Origin: Vulcanisaeta distributa DSM 14429
GTDB lineage: Archaea; Thermoproteota; Thermoprotei; Thermoproteales; Thermocladiaceae
Assembly (NCBI RefSeq): GCF_000148385.1
Contig: NC_014537.1
Coordinates: 1,200,001-1,232,000, forward strand
Direction: 5' to 3'
DNA: 32,000 nt
Shown here in pieces: positions 14,434 to 22,117 of this stretch; positions within the stretch are counted from its first letter, which is position 1, and every line of letters starts with the position of its first letter. Below the pieces are notes generated by a model. The model was not told where the DNA came from, searched no databases, and worked only from the letters and a program-made list of their open reading frames with translations. Both the position numbers and the translations under genes were made by a program.

Positions 14434-16200
14434 ATGAATGAGCAGATCCAGCAACAACATAAGTATAATACAGAAGAAGAAGTCTTTAATGAAATTATAC
14501 CTGGCTACCAATTAACTATTGACAAAATACTCAAGACAGGCATAACGCTATTTCCCAATAATGAAATTGTTTATTGGCCTCCAAATGGCCGTAGGCTCCA
14601 CTTCACATTTAAAGAATTTAATGAAAGGGTTAACAGGCTTGGTTGGGTCCTTAAGGAACTCGGCGTAATTAGTGGTGACCCAAGGAGAATGGGTACGAGG
14701 GTTGCCATATTTGATTGGAACACGCATAGATTCCTTGAATTGCTATATGCAGTGCCCATGTACGGTGCAGTGCTCCAACCAGTTAACATTAGGTTGGCGC
14801 CTGAGGAGATCATCTACGTGATGAATAAGTCCAGGGACGAGGTAGCCTTTGTAAATGCTGACTTCCTACCATTGATAAAGGCGATAGCCCCAAAGCTTGA
14901 GTACCTAAGGAAAATAGTCGTTATGCATGATGGTGAGGAGCCGATAAAGATTGAGCGCATTAGCAATGCTGAGGTATACGATTATGAGGAGTTAATGAAG
15001 GAGGCCAGGGAATTCAACTACCCGGAGGAGCTTGATGAGAGGACTGTCATGGTGATGATGTACACCTCAGGCACCACAGGGTTGCCCAAGGCAACGATAT
15101 TTAGGCATAGGGAGATAGTACTGCATGCAATCGCCGTATTAATAATCGCAGTGTGGAATTGGTACCCAGCGCATTACCTAAGGTTCACTAGGAATGCCTA
15201 TAACCCACTCGGTGAGCCATCGCTTCTCCTTGTACCATTCTACCACGTGCTCGGTTGGGGAGCGCCGTACTATAACATCATGGGCGGTACACCGAAGATA
15301 GTACTGCCGGGTAGGTATGAGTGGAACCATATTATTAGGTTGATTAAGGAGGAGAAGGTAAAGAATGCGGGTGGCGTGCCAACAATGTTGTACCTAATGT
15401 TGAACAGTCCTGAGCTCAAGGACGTGGACCTAAGGGGGTTCCTATGGAGTCTTGGTGGTGCGGCGGCTACCAAGGGGTTAATTGAGGAGGCCAGGAAGAG
15501 GGGCGTGATATTGACTAATGGTTACGGATTGACGGAGACGGCACCGGTTGTTATAGCGCCTACACTGTCGCCGGACCTAATAATGAACCTAAGCGAGGAG
15601 GAACTACAGGAATTAGTGGTCAACAGCATTGGAAAGCCCCTACCATTTGTCCAGGCCAGGGTGGTTGATGAGGAGGGTAGGGATGTGCCTAAGGATGGAA
15701 AAACCGTGGGCGAGCTGGTGCTGAGGGCTCCCTGGATAACCCTGGGCTATTACGGAGACCCAGAGAAAACAAGGGCTGCCTTCAAGGATGGTTGGTTCCA
15801 CACCGGGGACTTGGCAACGTGGGATGAGAGGGGGTTCATATACATTGTAGATAGGGCTAAGGACGTTATCAAGAGTGGCGGTGAGTGGATATCAAGCCTT
15901 AAACTTGAGAGCTTAATATCACTCCACCCAGCGGTTGCGGAGGTGGCAGTCATAGGCGCTACGCATGAGAAGTGGGGTGAGAGGCCCGTGGCCATTGTCG
16001 TGCTGAGGCCAGAATTCAAGGGCAGGGTTAAGGAGGAGGATATCATAAATCACGTGAGGACGTTCGTTGATGAGGGCGTTATACCGAAGTGGTGGGTGCC
16101 TGACAAGGTGATATTCGTTGATGAGCTTCCAAAGACCGGCGCGGCCAAGATCGATAAGAAGGTGCTTAGGGATAGATATAGAGATGTATTGATTAAGTAA
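14434..16200 (+). CDS. AMP-dependent acyl-CoA synthetase/ligase (fatty-acid-CoA ligase family)
   Basis: 588 aa with adenylate-forming motifs MMYTSGTTGLPKA, GYGLTETAP, WFHTGDLATWDERGFIYIVDRAKDVIKSGGEWIS and a C-terminal PKTGAAKIDKK. Confidence 0.9.
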   Translation: MNEQIQQQHKYNTEEEVFNEIIPGYQLTIDKILKTGITLFPNNEIVYWPPNGRRLHFTFKEFNERVNRLGWVLKELGVISGDPRRMGTRVAIFDWNTHRFLELLYAVPMYGAVLQPVNIRLAPEEIIYVMNKSRDEVAFVNADFLPLIKAIAPKLEYLRKIVVMHDGEEPIKIERISNAEVYDYEELMKEAREFNYPEELDERTVMVMMYTSGTTGLPKATIFRHREIVLHAIAVLIIAVWNWYPAHYLRFTRNAYNPLGEPSLLLVPFYHVLGWGAPYYNIMGGTPKIVLPGRYEWNHIIRLIKEEKVKNAGGVPTMLYLMLNSPELKDVDLRGFLWSLGGAAATKGLIEEARKRGVILTNGYGLTETAPVVIAPTLSPDLIMNLSEEELQELVVNSIGKPLPFVQARVVDEEGRDVPKDGKTVGELVLRAPWITLGYYGDPEKTRAAFKDGWFHTGDLATWDERGFIYIVDRAKDVIKSGGEWISSLKLESLISLHPAVAEVAVIGATHEKWGERPVAIVVLRPEFKGRVKEEDIINHVRTFVDEGVIPKWWVPDKVIFVDELPKTGAAKIDKKVLRDRYRDVLIK

Positions 16201-16262
16201 TGAAAATAATTATTCTCATTAAGAATTAAAAATAAATTTATTCCTATTAATCAGGGTAATTT

Positions 16263-17420
16263 ATGAGAAAGGCATACATAACGGGCTTTCACCAGGTAAT
16301 TGAGAAGGAGAGCAGGAGAAGCTTCTTTGAATTGATTGGCGAGACCGTACAAAGGACGCTTGAGATGGGTGGTATCAGTATTGATGAGGTGGACGGGTTG
16401 GGCATTGTTCACACCACCGCGGTTGATGAAAGGCCGATCAGGATAATGCTCGCTAACCAAGTCGCCAATTACCTGGGCATTGGGAGGCTTAGGTACATTG
16501 ACGTGGCTGAGTTTGGCGGTGCCTCATTCAATGCCCTTGTTTATCGGGCCGTTAAGGCAGTGGAGAATGGGCTTGCGAGGGCTGTCCTGGTAATTGGCGG
16601 TGGCAAGAGTAGCGTATTTAGGAGGAGGGGCATTGATGAGGGTCTTGTGGCTAGGAACTACGTAAGTACCCACAGGGTTATTGAGTTCTTACCAACCAGT
16701 GACTACGCCATGGTGGCACTGAGGTACTCACACGTGTATAACGCCACTGATGAGGGCAGGGCAATGATCGCAGTTAGAGAGAGGGCCAATGCTAGGTATA
16801 ATAAGGATGCAATATTCAGGGAGCCGATAAGCGTTGCCGATGTATTGAACTCACCAATGGTGAGTTATCCACTGAGGCTACTGGAGGTTGTGATGCCTGT
16901 GGATGGTATGTCGACTTTCCTAATCGTTAATGAGAGCTTGGCTGGGAAGTCGAAGATCACGCCCATCTCTATCCTTGGCTATGGCGAGGCCCACGATCCA
17001 AGCCCACTCTTTGATAGGGATGACATATTGAATACAGTTATCCCAATAAGCGCAGGCAAGGCGCTTAGCGAGGCCAACATTGGCATAAACGATATTGACC
17101 TATTCATGCTTTACGACGCATACACAATAATGGTCGTGCTGGAGCTAGAGGGTATTGGCTTGGCCGAAAAGGGCTTGGGTTGGCGGTTCGCAGAGTATCA
17201 TGATTTCTCGCCGTCGTCAACATACCCAATAAACGTTAATGGTGGTTCCCTAAACACTGGGCAACCAGCGTACATGAGTGGCGGCGTGATACTCACTGAG
17301 GCATTAATCCAGCTGTCTGGCATGGCCGGTGAGAGGCAGGTTAAGGGAGCCCGTAGGGCACTTGTTAATGCAATTGGCGGCATACTTAATCATTCAACAA
17401 CCTTGGTCCTTGGTGTTTAG
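16263..17420 (+). CDS. Thiolase-fold (SCP2-thiolase-like) protein lacking all cysteines; putative Ltp2-like aldolase or non-catalytic thiolase paralogue
   Basis: 385 aa with a thiolase-like layout: VAEFGGASFNALVYRAVKAVENGLARAVLVIGGGK, DLFMLYDAYT, NVNGGSLNTGQPAYMSGG. Gly85 occupies the nucleophile Cys position, HDCF becomes YDAY, GHP becomes GQP. There are zero Cys in the whole translation. Confidence 0.85.
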   Translation: MRKAYITGFHQVIEKESRRSFFELIGETVQRTLEMGGISIDEVDGLGIVHTTAVDERPIRIMLANQVANYLGIGRLRYIDVAEFGGASFNALVYRAVKAVENGLARAVLVIGGGKSSVFRRRGIDEGLVARNYVSTHRVIEFLPTSDYAMVALRYSHVYNATDEGRAMIAVRERANARYNKDAIFREPISVADVLNSPMVSYPLRLLEVVMPVDGMSTFLIVNESLAGKSKITPISILGYGEAHDPSPLFDRDDILNTVIPISAGKALSEANIGINDIDLFMLYDAYTIMVVLELEGIGLAEKGLGWRFAEYHDFSPSSTYPINVNGGSLNTGQPAYMSGGVILTEALIQLSGMAGERQVKGARRALVNAIGGILNHSTTLVLGV

Positions 17421-17421
17421 T

Positions 17422-17763
17422 ATGGAGCTCGAAGAATTACTGAAGGAGTACAATAGAATCTATGAAAATGGGTTAGTGCCAATAACACGGTGCAGGGCAT
17501 GCGGCTATAAGTTCCACATGCCAAGGACCAGGTGCCCCAGGTGCGGCTCAACGAATCTAGAAGTTATTGGCTACGGCGAGGGCACCATCTACTCATACAC
17601 AATAATAGAGAGAGGATTGCCAACAAGGACAGTAGTCGTTCTCGCAGACCTCGATGGAGCCAAGGTTAAGGCGAATTACGTTGGTGATTTGAATGCGCTG
17701 AAGATAGGGGCTAGGGTCAGGGTTGTTAGGAGGGATGGTAATATATACTTTACAAATTATTAA
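17422..17763 (+). CDS. DUF35 protein (rubredoxin-like Zn ribbon + OB fold), thiolase-fold partner
   Basis: 113 aa from ATG 17422, 1 nt after the upstream stop. CRACGYKFHMPRTRCPRCG Zn ribbon, then OB-fold strands GTIYSYTII...VVVLADLDGAKVKANYVGD...GARVRVV. The ORF-track start at 17329 is an overlapping extension. Confidence 0.85.
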   Translation: MELEELLKEYNRIYENGLVPITRCRACGYKFHMPRTRCPRCGSTNLEVIGYGEGTIYSYTIIERGLPTRTVVVLADLDGAKVKANYVGDLNALKIGARVRVVRRDGNIYFTNY

Positions 17764-17849
17764 ATAGCAATACATTTATTATATATGAAAATATATTAAG
17801 AGTAAAAATACACCTAATATTTACATTTACGGGTACTTCTACTGATTAT

Positions 17850-19043
17850 ATGGTCGAGAGAATTCTCATAGTTGGATTTGGGACCATGGGGAGCGGTATA
17901 GCCGAGGTCTTTGCCATGAATGGCTTTGAGGTAAATGTCTATGATGCCTACAGGGACGTAATACCCAGGAGCCTTGAGGGTATTAGGTGGAGCCTTGGTA
18001 AGCTACGTGAAAAGGGCTCTCTTCGTGAGGACGTTGATACCGTCATGAAGAGGATTCATGTGTTTGATAATCTGGGTAATGCGGCCAGGGATGTTGATTT
18101 GGTAATTGAGGCTGTGTTCGAGGATCCAAAGGTTAAGCACCAAGTATATAGGGAGTTGGAGGGTTACGTCGGTAAGGACGTAATAATAGCGAGCAACACA
18201 AGCGGTATACCAATAACCTACTTGCAATCGGTGCTTCAGTATAAGGGTAGATTCGCGGGCTTCCACTGGTTTAATCCGCCGGTTCTCATGAGGCTTGTGG
18301 AGGTTATAAAGGGCAGGGATACCAGTGATGAGACGGCCGGCGCACTCATGGACCTGGCAAGGAGGGTTGGTAAGGAGCCTATTCTCGTTAGGCGCGATGT
18401 AAGGGGTTTCATAGCCAATAGGGTGTTTGGTGTACTGAGTACGCAAGCCTTCATACTATATATGCGGGGCATCTATGACTATAGGGCGATGGACTCGGCG
18501 TTGATCTATAGGCTTGGGCTCCCTATGGGCGTCTTCGCACTCACGGACTTCACCGGGGGAATAAAGCTGAGTTATGAGAGTAGGAACCTATTTGAGGAGA
18601 TAGATAGGGTGGCGCCTGAGACCGAGCCATCCAAGGGGCTGGCTAAGGCAAGAACATTTGTGTTCAGCCTAATTGAGAAAATGTACAGAGAGGGTAGGAT
18701 AGGCATAAGGACTGGGAAGGGGTTCTATGAATACCCGGAGCCGGGCAGGTGGGTTAGGCCGGATATACCGAGGGAATTGGCCGACAAGGTGAATTTACTG
18801 GACCTGCTGGCGCCCATGGTCAACGAATCACTAAGAATGGAGAGGCTGGGTATATGCACCAGGGGTGATATAGACAAGGCACTAAAGCTTGGCTATAACT
18901 GGCCAAAGGGCTTATTTGAGATATACGGCAGAGACTTCACCGCAACGGATGTGGTGAATACGCTTAGGAGGATGAGCGACTTAATCCCAGACCTAAGGGA
19001 GTTCTATGAACCAGACCCAGCACTACTAAATGAGACTAAGTGA
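17850..19043 (+). CDS. 3-hydroxyacyl-CoA dehydrogenase (NAD-binding)
   Basis: 397 aa. Rossmann motif ILIVGFGTMGSGIAEVFAMNGFEVNVYD, then EAVFEDPKVKHQVY, ASNTSGIPIT, FHWFNPPVLMRLVEV. Both the 3HCDH N and C domains are present. Confidence 0.9.
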   Translation: MVERILIVGFGTMGSGIAEVFAMNGFEVNVYDAYRDVIPRSLEGIRWSLGKLREKGSLREDVDTVMKRIHVFDNLGNAARDVDLVIEAVFEDPKVKHQVYRELEGYVGKDVIIASNTSGIPITYLQSVLQYKGRFAGFHWFNPPVLMRLVEVIKGRDTSDETAGALMDLARRVGKEPILVRRDVRGFIANRVFGVLSTQAFILYMRGIYDYRAMDSALIYRLGLPMGVFALTDFTGGIKLSYESRNLFEEIDRVAPETEPSKGLAKARTFVFSLIEKMYREGRIGIRTGKGFYEYPEPGRWVRPDIPRELADKVNLLDLLAPMVNESLRMERLGICTRGDIDKALKLGYNWPKGLFEIYGRDFTATDVVNTLRRMSDLIPDLREFYEPDPALLNETK

Positions 19044-19078
19044 TCGTTGGCCCTAAACAGAGTCAAAATCGTAACCCA

Positions 19079-19798
19079 TCACGCGTTTATATCCCTTTCA
19101 TCCCTAACCACTGTAGGATTAACGTGGGCGTTTCCTCCCAGGTACTTAACCGCCAGGTCAATTATAAATTGGGCGGAATTAATTAGCCTATCTTCATCGA
19201 TGCCAGGCACTCCAGCAGTTACGATTAAGACATTCCTCGTCTCAGGCCTTATCTTGGTGGTCTCGGAATCCCTATAGGGATACACATGCAGTATTAAGCC
19301 ATCCATTGTCGAGAGTATGATCTGGTTGCTGGTTAAGGATTTCCGTGGTGAGCCGATTGGGTTAAAGACCTCGCCATCCCTGGCATAACGAATGACCAGG
19401 TCTCTACCACCAAAACTATCGATGTCATAAAGCCCAATGGGCACGAGGTACTTTATACTCGCCGCATTACCAATATCAACCATCGGATTAATCCTTGGCA
19501 AATCCTCACCCCTAAGAACCCTCCTAAGCAACGCCTCCTGGGCAGGCCTCTGCTTTGTCGGGTCTATACCAAGCTCATGCCAATAGAAATCCCTGTAACG
19601 TCTAATGATTGGGTCATCCTTGAGACTGTCAAGGCTATACTTCGATCTAACCTCCTTAACAGTATCATTAATAACCGTCAACAACTCGCTTGGGTACTCG
19701 CCATTCCTCACATTATGTACAATGCCTACACCGACAAAGACCTTACCTCTGAGCTTATTGTCTATTGAGAATTTCACAAGGGCTTGTGTAGAACCCAT
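19079..19798 (-). CDS. B3/B4 (PheRS-beta-like) tRNA-binding domain protein, stand-alone (COG3382-like)
   Basis: 239 aa. DPTKQRPAQEALLRRVLRGEDLPRINPMVDIGNAASIKYLVPIGLYD matches the solo B3/4 domain family pattern. Confidence 0.7.
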   Translation of the reverse strand: MGSTQALVKFSIDNKLRGKVFVGVGIVHNVRNGEYPSELLTVINDTVKEVRSKYSLDSLKDDPIIRRYRDFYWHELGIDPTKQRPAQEALLRRVLRGEDLPRINPMVDIGNAASIKYLVPIGLYDIDSFGGRDLVIRYARDGEVFNPIGSPRKSLTSNQIILSTMDGLILHVYPYRDSETTKIRPETRNVLIVTAGVPGIDEDRLINSAQFIIDLAVKYLGGNAHVNPTVVRDERDINA

Positions 19799-19821
19799 TC
19801 ATATTAAGCTTTACTGCGAAG

Positions 19822-19870
19822 TCAGCTCTGGTGCCACTCCTCATTATTCAGAAATACCAGTCATCATCAC
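19822..19870 (-). ncRNA. C/D-box sRNA candidate
   Basis: Minus strand reads GTGATGA-tgactggtattt(12)-CTGA-ata-ATGAGGA-gtggcaccagag(12)-CTGA. This is 49 nt with exact canonical geometry and perfect C, D' and D boxes. It lies in a 176-bp non-coding gap. Confidence 0.8.
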
Positions 19871-19893
19871 CATAAATTCATTAACTAAGGAAG

Positions 19894-19902
19894 TTTTTAA
19901 TA
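19894..19902. promoter_or_regulatory. Shared central TATA-like element (TTTTTAATA) between two divergent C/D sRNAs
   Basis: Centre at about 19898. This is 28 nt from the C box of the minus-strand sRNA (19870) and 28 nt from the C box of the plus-strand sRNA (19926). Confidence 0.45.
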
Positions 19903-19925
19903 CCTACCTCAACGCATTTAATACG

Positions 19926-19974
19926 GTGATGACCACCTCGACCCCTGAACAGTGAAGAATGGTATTACGACTGA
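19926..19974 (+). ncRNA. C/D-box sRNA candidate
   Basis: GTGATGA-ccacctcgaccc(12)-CTGA-aca-GTGAAGA-atggtattacga(12)-CTGA. This is 49 nt with exact 7-12-4-3-7-12-4 geometry. The D box ends at 19974, abutting the stop codon of convergent csl4. Confidence 0.85.
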
Positions 19975-20544
19975 TCAAGCCCAATACTCAACAAGACTAA
20001 CCTTACGCCTAACAACGGCACCACAATTAGGACATTGAAGCAACTCCCCACTCCTCCACTTTAATGGATGACCACACCTAGGGCATCTCGCATAAACCAC
20101 ACCGAGCTGCGCATCCCTTAGAGTCAACGTGTACGGCGGGTCCTTCGATATTACCCTAGCCCTAATTATATCGCCAATGCCAAGAACCTCGCTGGCGCTA
20201 CCTGGTTTACCATTTAATAATTGAGATGGAGGTACTATACCTGTCACATCATCCTTTAGTAATGTCTTATTGCCATTATTCTCAACACCAATTATCTTCA
20301 CAATGACAACCCTATCATTTGGTATCGCCACAACCTTACCATAAACAATATCGTTCACCCTCAACAACAAATTACTACTCCTTATGGGTTTAACGCTGAT
20401 TATGTGATCCTTATCATTGCGTATGACTACCCCCATGACCTGAGCCCTTAATTTACCATCTGCATCAACCTCAACATTCTCCCCGGGCAGGTATTCCTCA
20501 GCGACACCAACAACATCTCCTGGAGCAACAACCTCCTTACTCAT
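19975..20544 (-). CDS. csl4: Exosome complex RNA-binding subunit Csl4
   Basis: 189 aa. N-terminal domain (PGDVVGVAEEYLPGENV), central S1-like barrel (NDIVYGKVVAIPNDRVVIVKI) and C-terminal Zn ribbon CPRCGHPLKW...LQCPNCG. Confidence 0.85.
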   Translation of the reverse strand: MSKEVVAPGDVVGVAEEYLPGENVEVDADGKLRAQVMGVVIRNDKDHIISVKPIRSSNLLLRVNDIVYGKVVAIPNDRVVIVKIIGVENNGNKTLLKDDVTGIVPPSQLLNGKPGSASEVLGIGDIIRARVISKDPPYTLTLRDAQLGVVYARCPRCGHPLKWRSGELLQCPNCGAVVRRKVSLVEYWA

Positions 20545-20601
20545 GGCTCATCCACCACTTAAATCCTGACTTACAGTCCTTGACTAGTGAGCACGAAACC
20601 C

Positions 20602-20609
20602 TTTATAAA
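20602..20609 (+). promoter_or_regulatory. TATA box (TTTATAAA) for surE
   Basis: Centred about 25 nt upstream of GTG 20630, with no room for a 5' leader. Confidence 0.5.
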
Positions 20610-20629
20610 CCTATACCCTAAGAGTCATT

Positions 20630-21448
20630 GTGGTTAAGATACTCGTAACGAATGACGATGGCATATACAGTCCAGGGCTCAGGATGCTGTATGAATACGT
20701 AAAGGACCTAGGCGAGGTTTATGTCGTAGCTCCAGAAACGCCCAAATCAGCCTCCGGTCTCGGCATAACGCTTCACAAACCTCTCAGAGTCTCAGTAATG
20801 GACTTATGTGGCTTTAAGGTATATGCGACATCTGGTACGCCCTCTGACACGATATATCTAGCGGCCTTGGAAATAACGGGCAGTGTTGACCTTGTCCTCT
20901 CGGGGATAAACATTGGTGATAACACATCAATGCAGGTAATACTATCATCGGGAACCCTCGGCGCCGCATTTCAAGCGGCACTGCTTGGTATCCCAGCCAT
21001 TGCGTATTCCGTCGATGTTGAGAGCAGCGATGAGATTGAGGGTAATGATGAGCTTGAGCCTGTGCTTAGGGCTGTGGTTAGGGAGTCGGCTATGTTCGTG
21101 CTTAAGCACGGCATGCCCAGGGGCGTTGATGTAATTAGCATAAACTTCCCAAGGACCGTTAGCAGGGACATTAAGGTTAAGCTTGTTAGGGCTTCAAAGC
21201 TTAAGTTTTCTGAGAAGATTGACGTTAGGGTCGACCCACGTGGAGGTAAGTATTACTGGCTATTTGGTTCGTTAATTGAGCCTGAGGAGAACACGGATAC
21301 ATACGTTGTGCATAAGGAGGGTAATATTGCGCTTACGCCGTTGACACTGGACATGAATGCGATTGGCCCGCGTCAGGAGGTCGATATGAATAGCCTTAAT
21401 AGGCTTGTTGACATACTGAATACGGCATTACTGCGCTTTCGAAGTTAA
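20630..21448 (+). CDS. surE: 5'/3'-nucleotidase SurE
   Basis: 272 aa. N-terminal [15 protein letters not shown] and GINIGDN, SGTLGAA motifs are diagnostic of SurE. Confidence 0.95.
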   Translation: MVKILVTNDDGIYSPGLRMLYEYVKDLGEVYVVAPETPKSASGLGITLHKPLRVSVMDLCGFKVYATSGTPSDTIYLAALEITGSVDLVLSGINIGDNTSMQVILSSGTLGAAFQAALLGIPAIAYSVDVESSDEIEGNDELEPVLRAVVRESAMFVLKHGMPRGVDVISINFPRTVSRDIKVKLVRASKLKFSEKIDVRVDPRGGKYYWLFGSLIEPEENTDTYVVHKEGNIALTPLTLDMNAIGPRQEVDMNSLNRLVDILNTALLRFRS

Positions 21449-21491
21449 GAGAAATAGAACTTATAAAGTCAATCATGTTAATTAACATGGT

Positions 21492-22085
21492 ATGGGTAGT
21501 CATCAAATGCTATATTTCGATGAGGTAAGGAGGGGTAATTATACGGTATTTGTGAATCACGTACTTGAGCAGATACCAGTAGCTTATAGGGTGGGTGCGG
21601 TTGACATAGAGGTGCTTAATAAATATAGGGACGATTTACTTGATATTGCTGATGAGTTAGGTGAGATTTATTGTACGGCTATGTCGACAGTCAATATGGA
21701 CTTCTTTAAGGGAGGTGCTTGCATAGAATTTATTAAACAGTATTGGCGTGATTTTATCACAGATATTGATAGAAATGAGCATTGGATTAATATGATTATA
21801 TACATGCTCAAGTTGTTTAGCGTCAATGTGGGTGTAACTGCACTGGTAACCTTACCAATACAATTGAGCTCATTAGCTGTGTCAATAATTAGCAGGGAGA
21901 ATAAGCCAGTGACCCAGTTAGTGAATGCCCTTGGAAAGCTCTCAGCATTAACGGCAGCCTTCTATGCGGAGGCGCTGGTTCACTTACTGACTGAAAATGT
22001 CGGTGTGCCATTAAGCGCCTTCATGATACTTGCGGGAGGTGTCGTAAATGAGCTACTGAAGGTCTATGGTAGTGCCATTGCGTGA
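21492..22085 (+). CDS. Hypothetical protein (soluble N-terminal half, hydrophobic C-terminal half)
   Basis: 197-aa ORF. No motif recognised. Hydrophobic stretches WINMIIYMLKLFSVNVGVTALVTLPIQLSSLAVSII and VPLSAFMILAGGVV. TATA-like CTTATAAAG lies upstream. Confidence 0.5.
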   Translation: MGSHQMLYFDEVRRGNYTVFVNHVLEQIPVAYRVGAVDIEVLNKYRDDLLDIADELGEIYCTAMSTVNMDFFKGGACIEFIKQYWRDFITDIDRNEHWINMIIYMLKLFSVNVGVTALVTLPIQLSSLAVSIISRENKPVTQLVNALGKLSALTAAFYAEALVHLLTENVGVPLSAFMILAGGVVNELLKVYGSAIA

Positions 22086-22087
22086 AA

Positions 22088-22097
22088 TTTTTAAATA
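22088..22097 (+). promoter_or_regulatory. TATA box (TTTTTAAATA) for ileS
   Basis: Starts 3 nt after the stop codon (22083-22085) of the upstream 197-aa ORF. Centred 26 nt upstream of in-frame GTG 22118. Confidence 0.5.
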
Positions 22098-22117
22098 CTC
22101 AATATAGTTTATGGTGG

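Noticed and set aside
17329-17421. 31-codon upstream extension of the DUF35 ORF
   Set aside because: It lies entirely inside the thiolase-fold gene in another frame. The DUF35 domain begins at MELEELL (ATG 17422).
18003-18472. 147-aa and 78-aa minus-strand ORFs
   Set aside because: Antisense shadows of the well-supported 3-hydroxyacyl-CoA dehydrogenase gene.
19605-19955. 116-aa plus-strand ORF
   Set aside because: It runs antisense through the B3/4 gene start and across the spacer. That spacer is better explained by two C/D-box sRNAs and their promoter.
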